The position numbers and the translations under genes are program-made. Below, in pieces: positions 1-8,542 of a DNA stretch of 19,413 bases (positions are counted from its first letter, which is position 1; every line of letters starts with the position of its first letter). The notes below the pieces were generated by a model. It did not search any database. It was not told the origin of the DNA and saw nothing but the letters and a program-made list of their open reading frames with translations. Location of the stretch: the NCBI GenBank assembly GCA_965644315.1, contig CBFFRQ010000178.1, positions 1 to 19,413 on the forward strand. Direction: 5' to 3'. This DNA is from Caecitellus pseudoparvulus. Lineage: Eukaryota; Protista; Bigyra: Bicosoecida.

Positions 1-615
1 GTCCCATTGAGTGGTTAGGAGGGGTTCGTTTTTGAGCTTGTCAGGAGGGCATGTTGGCGATAGTTGTATGTGATAATGTACTGAGTATAAAATAACGAAT
101 GCATACATTATTTTTGTCAGAGTGTGCTTGAAAGGTTGGGTCTGTGATGCAAACTGGATGCGGAATTTGCTTGCCCACGTTTGTAAAAGGAGGCTGCTGT
201 CTTATGTTCCAGTCTACTTGCGCGTATTCGTACACTTTCGTGATCCAATGCAAATTTTTATGAAGTGTGGGCCGAATTTCGAGGAATCGGGCCGTTTTGG
301 TGATCACCCTCTTTCGATTCGGGTGAGTTGTCTGTCGATTACGAACAGAGGGCCTGCGTCGTCATCGAGGTGCTCACAAACCCGCATTCGACACCGGCGC
401 AACCAGCACTCCAGCCCCCATGTGTCTTTCACAGTGTCGAACTACCGATCAAACGATCAGCGTCCCAGGGTTGCAATTCACAATTTTCACCTCGAAGGCT
501 TGCACTTCCCGCAAGGCGAGTTTCGCGGAAATCGAAATGAGTCTTGGTTGAGACAGGCCGAACAAGGCACTGTGAGAAAAGACTCCCCGTATTGTCTTGC
601 ACAGATCATACAACC

Positions 616-2349
616 ATGTCTGGCATGCAATTCCTGGTTTCCTTTTTACTGTTGCGCCGGCGGCAGCATGTCCGTAGGTTGCAAGCGCTCCAAGCACTTA
701 TTGCCACAGAAGCAGCACTGTTGCTGGCAGTGGTAGCAATGGCCGATGAAGATGGACACGAGCAGGCCGTGCCACTACCGTGCTTCGATGAAGACTGTGC
801 TCTGGAGGAGGGCGTGAGGGCCAGCGCACGTGGCCGCACCAATCCTCTTGCAGGTTTGGCATCCGGTGTGAGGACGTGGGTGGCACGGCAACATGGAGTG
901 CCTCTCGAAGAGCACGAGGTTTGCACAACCCCACATACGGTGTTGCAGTATACTATGAAGCAGTTGTGCTCTGTTGGTGTGAACACTATTTTAGCTCTAT
1001 CGGTGTGGTTCATGAAATCTTCTGCACCAAAACTCTGGTACAGGTGGGTCATGCATTCGATCCTACCCGTGGAAGTAGAGGCCCACGCTGTGGAGCTTGC
1101 AGGTGATGAACCTGCAGAGGAACCAGACTCACAAGAGCACAGGACCTGGCAGAGACAGCTTCGGCGCCACAGGGAAGACTGTCTGCACGAGCACTGCAGT
1201 CGCCTTGGGGCATGCGAGCGTCCCATGGTGCAGCAACAGCCATCAGTGGCAGACTGGTGGGGTGCTGTGGACTCATCATTCTGCGGCCAAGGATGCACTT
1301 TCAGTTGGCTGGAGGCTTGTTGCCTTGGAGTGCATTATATGTGCAAGGGTTTCAACATGAGAGCTGGACAAGAAGCGTTCACTGGGGCATCGAAGTCCAC
1401 ATGCAGTCGAATCCTAAAGGTTTTCTTGCGGTCTATCTCATCCAGCATGTTTGAACAGCAGGTGTACATGCCAGCACCAGATTCTGGGGAGTGGATGGAG
1501 AGTGTACGATTGAACTTTGCCCTGTCAGGCATGCAGCTGCCGTGCGTAGCAGGCAGCGTGGATGATACACATGTGCGTGCTTACATCAGTGAAGATAGTG
1601 GAAAGGGCGTATACATAAACAAGGATGGCGTGGCTTCGGTTAGTGCCCAGTGCATGGTAAGTGGCCACGGACTCTTCTGGCAAGCAGACATTGGGTATGC
1701 TGGTGCCGAAAGCGATCGGGGGAAGCTCATAAGGTCTCCCATGTTTGCGGCAATGGTCGGGAACCCAAGCTTACGTCCTTGTCCACTCCCATATACATTG
1801 GCAGCAGACTCGGGATTTCGTCCGGGGTACACATTCTTACTTCTTCCGTTCGACCAGCGGGACACTGATGTGGTGCAGCCGAATCATTTGGTGACAATTT
1901 TCCACGATGCACTTTTGCACATTCGAGTTAAGGTAGAATGTGCATTTGGAGAGCTCAAGAACAGGTTCCGCATCTTGAACAACACTGCGAATGGAAACCT
2001 TGGGCCAGCAGCAGTTGCACTGCGTCTACGTGTAGCTGTAGCACTGCATAACTTTGTACTGCGAGCTCTGCCATTGCGGGCATCTGTGTGGCATGCCCTT
2101 GATGTGACAGCGCCGGGGACTGTCTGGGGTGACCTGCTGGAAGAAGCAACGGCAAAGGTGGTAGAGGACTTGCTTGAGGCGCAGCCCCCTTCATGGAGTA
2201 TGCCGAGTGCCATGGGATGGAAGACGCAAGTGCTGGAGCTGGCGCTTGGCCAGCTTCCACCCACACCATCTTCAAGTATGCTGGGGTTCAGTATCGCTCC
2301 ATCATGGTGGGCACTGCCCAGTGGTGCCGCGAGAGAGTTGAAGAGCTAG
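616..2349 (+). CDS. PIF/Harbinger-superfamily DDE transposase (HARBI1/DDE_Tnp_4-like); true C-terminus probably continues in another frame to 2444
   Basis: Harbinger motifs in canonical order: HTH-like region (LGVHYMCKG...ASKSTCSRILKVF), VAGSVDDTHV (D at 1561), SVSAQCMV...IGYAGAESD, TLAADSGF (D at 1807), LLLPF, RVKVECAFGELKNRFRIL (E at 1936), VAVALHNF. First in-frame ATG is at 616; the track ORF starts at TTG 544. Confidence 0.92.
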   Translation: MSGMQFLVSFLLLRRRQHVRRLQALQALIATEAALLLAVVAMADEDGHEQAVPLPCFDEDCALEEGVRASARGRTNPLAGLASGVRTWVARQHGVPLEEHEVCTTPHTVLQYTMKQLCSVGVNTILALSVWFMKSSAPKLWYRWVMHSILPVEVEAHAVELAGDEPAEEPDSQEHRTWQRQLRRHREDCLHEHCSRLGACERPMVQQQPSVADWWGAVDSSFCGQGCTFSWLEACCLGVHYMCKGFNMRAGQEAFTGASKSTCSRILKVFLRSISSSMFEQQVYMPAPDSGEWMESVRLNFALSGMQLPCVAGSVDDTHVRAYISEDSGKGVYINKDGVASVSAQCMVSGHGLFWQADIGYAGAESDRGKLIRSPMFAAMVGNPSLRPCPLPYTLAADSGFRPGYTFLLLPFDQRDTDVVQPNHLVTIFHDALLHIRVKVECAFGELKNRFRILNNTANGNLGPAAVALRLRVAVALHNFVLRALPLRASVWHALDVTAPGTVWGDLLEEATAKVVEDLLEAQPPSWSMPSAMGWKTQVLELALGQLPPTPSSSMLGFSIAPSWWALPSGAARELKS

Positions 2350-2464
2350 CCCTTCTGCACCTGCAAGCACCTGAACAGCCTGGGGCTGCCGGCGAAGGTG
2401 ATGAAGGGAGTGACTGGGAAGGTGACTCTGTTGGCAGTCAATAATGCAGTGTGTTGTCTCATGT

Positions 2465-4685
2465 TCATGACTGCATGGGTTGCCCAGCAACACTACGCTT
2501 CTTCAGGGCTGTAACCATTTGAAGTCGGGCGCGTGCGACCTTCAGCTCCTTGTCTGCGTCTGACAGCGGGTGCGGTGGCATGCCACGCAAGGTTGGAGGC
2601 ACACTTCCGCTGTGCAGCTGCTCCAAAACAGTCTGAACCTGCTCTTGCATGCTAAGGTCACCGTCAATGATGCTTAGGTCCAACCACCCCTGCACTCTTG
2701 TAATTACACCTGATATCGCTGCATCTACCGCACGCTCACTATGTGCGGCAGCAGCACCTGGTGCAGGCACCGAAAGCGAAGGTGCGGGCTGCTGCACTTG
2801 CAAGGACTGCTGGAAAAACTGAAGAAGTGAGGCGTCCTGTTGTGCTTGTCGTTCCCGTGCTGCCTCTTCAGCAACCTGTCGTTTCTCCAGCGAATCTGCC
2901 AAACGGGCAACGATGTCACGCATGCCTGCGGCTGGTGGTGACGTGCCAGACCCCAGGCGACCTCCATCCAGGGCTCCAGTTGCTTTTGCAACAGCAGCAA
3001 CACGGCTTCCCGTGCTCGTTCCACTCCCCGCACCTGATAGGTACTCTCCGCCCTGTCGCGGACTTTCAGTGGGCAACGCAGCGGGCCTGCCACTCGCCAA
3101 CAGCGAGGCTACTGTGTGTGATCCTTCAGATCTAGCCTCTGCAAATATCCCGTTGGTGATGTTGCGAGGCACTGAAGACATCGTTGCCTTTGGCCTGGCT
3201 TTGCCTTGGCACACGCTTGCATAATTCATCAGCTCGCCCGGAAGCAGTCCACCGTTCAGGGGTGGATAGCGCAAGTCATCAGTTGGTCCCACAGGCAACC
3301 ACATTTCCTTGTTCGTTACGCTACACCGCAGGCGCTGGAAGCGCAAGCGCGCAGCGGCGCTTGCGTTTCGTGCCCTGCTCCACCCCACCTTCGTGATGTC
3401 CCAACGTGTGTACTTCTTTCCATTTAAATCAAGAGAGGGAGCACCAGGGTGGCTAGGGGCTGTGGGTTCGCTTGCCCCCCCGCTTCCCGTCCTTCTGCCC
3501 TCAGACCCGTTGATGATGTCAACCTGTTTCTTCAACGTTTCGAGGCTGGCCCAAGTACCTGAAGCTGGAACCAGAGCCTCACGAAGGAGGCTTGAAACCA
3601 GGACCAAGCCTGACCACGACAGGAAGGCTTCTTGGGAATCACTACCTGGTGTTGAAACCAACACCATGTACTTTGAGTCGTCTCGCTCCGGCCATGGCCT
3701 TCCTAGCATGTTCGTGTCATGCTCCTCGAAGGCAGTGAGCAGCAACGGCAAGAATTTGTGAGCTAGGCTCTTGCCCACAATGCCACTTCGCATCTTGTTG
3801 CTCCCTTGTGTGGCAAAAGTCCGGAACAGGCTTCTGTCAGAGCCTTCCGGGCATGGCTCACCCGACGAGACAACACGACCCCCAAGAGATGAGTAGTCAA
3901 TGGTACCCTCACGAACACCCAGACGAACGATAGCTCCAGACATTCTCCATGCACTTGCTTTGTTTCCAAAGGCAGCCCAGGTCGACGACGGCATCAAGGT
4001 GGCGAACTCCTTCTTGTCAGGGTGCGTCTGCACCCCATTCTTGGACGGTGTTTGCAACAGAGCTCGATCAGTAGAGGCCCACGGAATTGGGCTCGCTGAG
4101 TCGAGACGCATCAACGCACGGGCAGGGGAAGTGGCAGCTGGTGTCGCGCCGACGGCACCAGCAGCACTCCGTGGTGGGGAAGGGCTGCCAGCTGTCCAGG
4201 ACACACCACCACTCTCCAAGTCAGGACTTGAACTGTCACTCTTGCCCTCATCACCACTCATGTCAACGACCTCGTCTGCGGGCAGAGTCAGGAAGGCGTG
4301 TTTGCGAGAAGCGTTTCGGAGTTTCACACAGCGGAAATGAAAACGAACCGAAAGCTTCCAGTTGTTCCTTAGCGTTTGTCTTCATCCTCCTGGCAATGCT
4401 TGCTGTAAGGGCAGCAATCCGGACTGGTCTGGTAGGCGTTGCGATGGCGGGTGATTCTTGCGCAGCGAGTTCGCTTCCTGGAGGCGTTGCAGGCAGCTCA
4501 AACACCCGTCCTGCTGCCCCGAGCCTCGCGCCCGTCCGCAGTCGGGAAGTCGGTGCGTTACCTTGAAGGAACTGTCGGACCAGTGCATGTGTGTCCGCTT
4601 GCGAGCCTTCAACTGCGGTTCTTTTGCCACTCGTCGGCGCATCTGCCTGAACGCGTGCATTCCGGGGGCGCTTGCGGCCAGACAT
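2465..4685 (-). CDS. Spliced ~715-aa protein, probable Harbinger accessory ORF2 (exons 4685-4349 and 4275-2465)
   Basis: ATG at 4685 in a gccATG context, N-terminal basic NLS-like RKRPR. A 73-nt phase-1 intron (4348-4276; GTTCGT donor, CTGAC branch-like motif, CGCAG acceptor) joins track ORFs 4263..4685 and 2465..4327 in frame (G|AC = Asp). The gene converges tail-to-tail on the transposase and has S/G-rich low complexity plus a coiled-coil segment (LADSLEKRQVAEEAARERQAQQ), as is typical of Harbinger ORF2. A Myb/trihelix domain is not clearly recognisable by eye. Confidence 0.7.
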
Positions 4686-4834
4686 GGCAGCAAATCATTC
4701 CAAGAGTATGCTCACAACTTACTGTGAATAGTTTAAAAGTAGAGTTTGATATCCATATCTGCACTGCTCGCCATGGTACACAAACCACTGCCAGCAAGTG
4801 GCAAATTCCGCATGCTAATAGGCTCGATAAACAA

Positions 4835-4918
4835 CGCTCTGTTGCACACGACAGAGCGGCCGTTCAAGTCTAACATCCTCTGTTAGTGTCAAGGTGACAA
4901 AACATGCTGCCTGCAGCA
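4835..4918. other. Cluster of four near-contiguous short inverted repeats in the divergent intergenic region
   Basis: CGCTCTGT-N8-ACAGAGCG (4835-4858), CTAACA-N5-TGTTAG (4870-4886), TGTCA-N3-TGACA (4887-4899), TGCTG-N4-CAGCA (4905-4918). Confidence 0.6.
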
Positions 4919-4991
4919 CTTTTCCGTGAACTTCAAAAAATGCATTCTCGTTTCACAGATTTTCTCGATTCAGAGGCCTCCGCTGGCCTCA

Positions 4992-6052
4992 ATGAGACAC
5001 GGCCCGGTGGTCACCCAACCACCACCGGCACAAGAACGCCGCCGCTCACTGTTTGACATTGTCATGCAAGCCTCCGATGCTGGTGCCCACATGACAGCAT
5101 CAACTGCATCAGAAGCAGACGCCAGTGTGACAGCAGCACCAGGTGCGCCACTCGGCAAAAGCCTGGCACTGAGACACGACACTCTTGGCATTGAAGCTGC
5201 TTTCGACGCCATCAGCCAAGGCGCCCACCACTCGAGTCTCCCGCCCCCCAAACACAATACTTCGGCACACCCTGCTCCAGAGGTACATGACTCCGTCGAC
5301 TTTCCTTCCCAGCCTGACCTCACATGTTCAGACAAAACTGGGCCGGCGCAGCCACACTGGACACGCCAGATGGATGCCTTGCTCCTTCGTGGGTTGCTGC
5401 AGGGCACACAACCCACATGGACTGGCAGACTTCAAGCCACCTGCACAGCCCTGGCGCCACATGGGGTCTCTTCCGTCGAGCAGGTCGAGCACCGTTGGAA
5501 CCTCCAATACGCGGCGAAGGTTAGACAACCACTGCCCTGACATCCCGAAATCACGCAAACCTGCAGGTGGACATGGCTGGGACCCCACCCCAGGGCCCCG
5601 CTCTCGCTGGCCTCGCCGCCGGTGCAGCCGTGGCCACGGGAGTGCACCTGGCGAGCCAAGCTGCCGGCACTGTTGCTGGCGCGGGCCTCAGCCTGGCATC
5701 CACCGCCATGACGGAGGGCACACGGGCCGTGGGCGGTGACGTGGCCGCGGCAGCTGTGGCAGGTGTGTGTGGTGCTGGGTGTGCCCTGGCCGCGACAGCC
5801 GCCAGCACCACCGGCACAGTGGCCAGTGCGGCGGCTGGCGCAGTCACGTCCGTGGCGGTGACGGCTGTAGGCTCCGCGGCGCTGCATGGTGTGCGTGCGG
5901 CGAGCGCGGGTGTGGTGGGTGGTCAGGGCGGGCATGGGGATGTGTGGAGGTGCGGGGAGGGGGGTCCGCTGTGGTGTGAGGTGGATGATGGGTATGTGTG
6001 TGTGTCTCGTCCGGGTGGGTGTGTGAGGGGCAGGAGTGGTGGAGAGGGATGA
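4992..6052 (+). CDS. Spliced ~337-aa protein: Myb/SANT-like repeat followed by an Ala/Gly/Thr-rich hydrophobic domain (exons 4992-5519 and 5567-6052)
   Basis: HWTRQMDALLLRG...TWT...SSVEQVEHRWNL has Myb-like W...W...RW spacing. A 47-nt phase-0 intron (5520-5566; AAG|GTTAGA...CTGAC...CTGCAG|GTG) fuses track ORFs 4926..5540 and 5567..6052 in frame. The start codon is uncertain (4992 or a later ATG). Confidence 0.65.
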
Positions 6053-6078
6053 GGTGGTGTGCATTGTGGGCATAGTGG

Positions 6079-8361
6079 TCATGCGTGTAGGGAGCGGATG
6101 TGTCTCTTGAGGCTACCAGCCTCGCAAAACGCCTTGTCACAGTGTGGGCAGTGGTGATCTCGGGCACCCTCGTGTACGGTGCGGATGTGGGTTTTGAGGT
6201 AGCCAGCCGTGCCAAATGTCTTGTCACAGTGTGGGCAGTGGTGGTCTCGGGCGCCTTCATGCACTGTGCAGATGTGCCGCTTGAGATTGCCAGCCGTGCC
6301 AAACGCCTTGCCACAGTGTGGGCAGTGGTGGTCTCGTGCACCTTCGTGCACAGTGCGGATATGCTTCGTGAGGCTGCCAGCCTGGCCAAACGCCTTGTCA
6401 CAGTGTGGGCAGTGGTGGTCTCGTGCACCCTCGTGCACGGTGCGGATGTGGACCTTGAGATTGCCAGCGTGCCCGAAGGCCTTGTCACAGTGTGGGCAGT
6501 GGTGATCCTTGGCGCCTTGGTGCACGGTGCGGATGTGAGCCTTGAGATAACCAGCCTCGCCGAATGCCTCGTCACAGTGTGGGCAGTGGTGATCTCTGGC
6601 ACCTTCGTGCACGGCGCGGATGTGGACCTTCAGGTTGTCAGCCCTCCCGAATACCTTGCCACAGTGTGGACAGTGGTGGTGTCTGGCACCTTCGTGCACG
6701 GTGCGGATGTGCTTCTTCAGATTGCCAGCCTGTCCAAATGCCTTGTCACAGTGTGGGCAGTAGTGATCCTTCGCCCCTTCATGCACAGTGCGGATATGCT
6801 TCGTGAGGCTGCCAGCCGTGCAAAACGCCTTGTCACAGTGTGGGCAGTGGTGGTCTCGTGCACCCTCGTGCACGGCGCGGATGTGGACCTTGAGGTCGCC
6901 AGCCTTGCCAAACGCCTTGTCACAGTGTGGGCAGTGGTGGTCTCGTGCACCCTCGTGCACAGTGCGGATGTGGACCTTGAGATTGCCAGCCGTGCCAAAC
7001 GCCTTGTCACAGTGTGGGCAGTGGTGGTCTCGTGCACCCTCGTGCACGGTGCGGATGTGGACCTTGAGGCTGCCAGCCTCGCCAAACGCCTTGTCACAGT
7101 GTGGACAGTGGTGGTCTCGCGCACCCTCGTGCACAGTGCGGATGTGTCTCTTGAGGTCGCCAGCCGTGCAAAACGCCTTGTCACAGTGTGGGCAGTGGTG
7201 GTCTCGTGCGCCCTCGTGCACGGTGCGGATGTGGACCTTGAGGTCGCCAGCCGTGCCAAACGCCTTGTCACAGTGCGGACAGTGGTGATCCTTGGCGCCT
7301 TGATGCACGGTGCGGATGTGGACCTTGAGGCTGCCAGCCTCGCCAAACGCCTTGCCACAGTGTGGGCAGTGGTGGTCTCGTGCACCTTCATGCACGGTGC
7401 GGACATGCCGCTTGAGTTGCGCAGCTCCACTGAAGCTCTTCCCACACACAATGCACACCACACGACCCCCAGCACCTGCCCCCCCATGACACTCACGCCT
7501 GTGCTCCTCCACAGCGCCCCACGACCCCAACACCACATCGCACAGCATGCACCGAGGCACGCCTTGCACACGCGCTCCTGCGCCTCGCCCCACATCTGCC
7601 CTCGCCGCCCCAGCCATCTCACCCTCGCCCACGCCCTCGCTGTCGCCCTCGCCACGCGGCATGCTCGTTCCCACATCGCCCAGGGCGTCGCCCCCGTGCC
7701 CACTGCCGTCACGGGTGCCGCTGCTCACCTCCTCACATGACACCGTGCTGTAGCTGCTGTCGCTGCCGTCAGTGCCGTCACTGTCCCACTCGCTGTCACT
7801 GCTGTGCCTCCCGCCATCATCATCGCCGCTGCACTCCTTGGCCCCACCCACACCCACACTCCCTCTTGCTCCCCACTCCCCACAGCTGCTCGACCCCCCA
7901 CTGCTCGTCACCGCCAACCCGCCACAACTCGCTCCGCCACACCACTCACCTTCGCTCACGCCCACCTTCCACAGAGCCATGTTCGACACCGTCCCGGCAT
8001 GCCACTGGGCAGAACATGACGGCAGCTCACCCTGCAGTGCCGCGAAGCCCGCGCGCGTCACGCCCTCCAACCGCCCCACCTGCGCCGCTGACTCTCCACA
8101 CACCTCGCCACCACGCCCTGCGCCCACGCACTGACCGTCGCCACACAACGCGCCCCCACTACACCCCGCCACCACACCCGGCGCCTCGCCACCACACGCT
8201 GCGCCACACTTCCTCTTGCAGGGACTGGCCTGGCCTCCCGCCAACCTGCGCTTCGCGCCCCCCACGGCGCTCACCCTGCCCGCTTGCGTTGCAGTCACTG
8301 CAGCGTGCCTCAAACTGCGCCGGCACGCCACGCCGGGCTGCCTCGTGCCCACACAGCTCAT
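6079..8361 (-). CDS. C2H2 zinc-finger array protein (~760 aa; 2 divergent plus 15 tandem fingers) with Gly/Cys-rich and acidic Ser-rich N-terminus
   Basis: 15 x CPHCxKxFxxAGxLxxHIRxVH with EGARDHH-type linkers, preceded by CMLC...HRRECH and CIVC...HVRTVH. Start placed at 8361 (MSCVGT) because this Met is conserved in the paralog (19346) and the longer track ORF begins inside the retrotransposon A1 repeat. Confidence 0.93.
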   Translation of the reverse strand: MSCVGTRQPGVACRRSLRHAAVTATQAGRVSAVGGAKRRLAGGQASPCKRKCGAACGGEAPGVVAGCSGGALCGDGQCVGAGRGGEVCGESAAQVGRLEGVTRAGFAALQGELPSCSAQWHAGTVSNMALWKVGVSEGEWCGGASCGGLAVTSSGGSSSCGEWGARGSVGVGGAKECSGDDDGGRHSSDSEWDSDGTDGSDSSYSTVSCEEVSSGTRDGSGHGGDALGDVGTSMPRGEGDSEGVGEGEMAGAARADVGRGAGARVQGVPRCMLCDVVLGSWGAVEEHRRECHGGAGAGGRVVCIVCGKSFSGAAQLKRHVRTVHEGARDHHCPHCGKAFGEAGSLKVHIRTVHQGAKDHHCPHCDKAFGTAGDLKVHIRTVHEGARDHHCPHCDKAFCTAGDLKRHIRTVHEGARDHHCPHCDKAFGEAGSLKVHIRTVHEGARDHHCPHCDKAFGTAGNLKVHIRTVHEGARDHHCPHCDKAFGKAGDLKVHIRAVHEGARDHHCPHCDKAFCTAGSLTKHIRTVHEGAKDHYCPHCDKAFGQAGNLKKHIRTVHEGARHHHCPHCGKVFGRADNLKVHIRAVHEGARDHHCPHCDEAFGEAGYLKAHIRTVHQGAKDHHCPHCDKAFGHAGNLKVHIRTVHEGARDHHCPHCDKAFGQAGSLTKHIRTVHEGARDHHCPHCGKAFGTAGNLKRHICTVHEGARDHHCPHCDKTFGTAGYLKTHIRTVHEGARDHHCPHCDKAFCEAGSLKRHIRSLHA
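6082..7390. repeat. 87-bp coding minisatellite, 15 units (zinc-finger array)
   Basis: The motif TTG(T/C)CACAGTGTGGGCAGTGGTG recurs with period 87 (e.g. 6134, 6221, 6308, 6395); units are near-identical at the DNA level. Confidence 0.96.
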
Positions 8362-8542
8362 GGTGGGAGTGGGGGGGGGGAGGGCAGCAATGTGCAGTGT
8401 GATTCGTGTGCAGTGTGTGCAGTGTGTGGTTGGGAAGTGGTGCGCGGGGGGAAGTGTGCTGGGTTGTGTGGCAGGAGAGACTCGCCGGCGAGCTGCTCGG
8501 GCTGCATGCTCGACTCCACACGTCCATGCCCAGCCCCAAGCC

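Larger units (their letters stand above)
158..4920. mobile_element. PIF/Harbinger-like DNA transposon or domesticated two-gene pair; ends not defined
   Basis: Transposase plus convergent second ORF, with lower GC than the rest of the window. A 13-bp perfect inverted repeat ATGCGGAATTTGC (158-170 / 4801-4813) flanks the pair. No unambiguous TIR plus 3-bp TSD was found, so boundaries are approximate. Confidence 0.55.
5568..8440. repeat. Tandem segmental duplication, copy 1 (Ala/Gly-rich exon plus zinc-finger gene)
   Basis: 5568-~6110 matches 14602-~15144 (offset 9034). ~7370-7790 matches ~15360-15780 (offset 7990; the difference of 1044 is exactly 12 x 87). ~7980-8440 matches ~19010-19413 with indels. 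Confidence 0.92.

Noticed and set aside
1-60. tRNA-like fragments (GAGTGGTTAG, GGTTCG) at the window start
   Set aside because: Spacing is too short and no cloverleaf or acceptor stem can be built.
25-110. Weak inverted similarity to 4895-4955 as a possible Harbinger TIR
   Set aside because: Only scattered 6-8-nt matches in inconsistent order, with no TSD.
6082-7390. CRISPR-like or DGR-like repeat array
   Set aside because: Units are contiguous coding repeats without unique spacers. Variation is not adenine-specific and the nearby RT is DIRS/Ngaro-type, not a DGR RT.
6100-7740. 546-aa plus-strand repetitive ORF (and 15134..15730)
   Set aside because: Antisense shadow of the zinc-finger minisatellite; a stop-free 87-bp unit stays open automatically.
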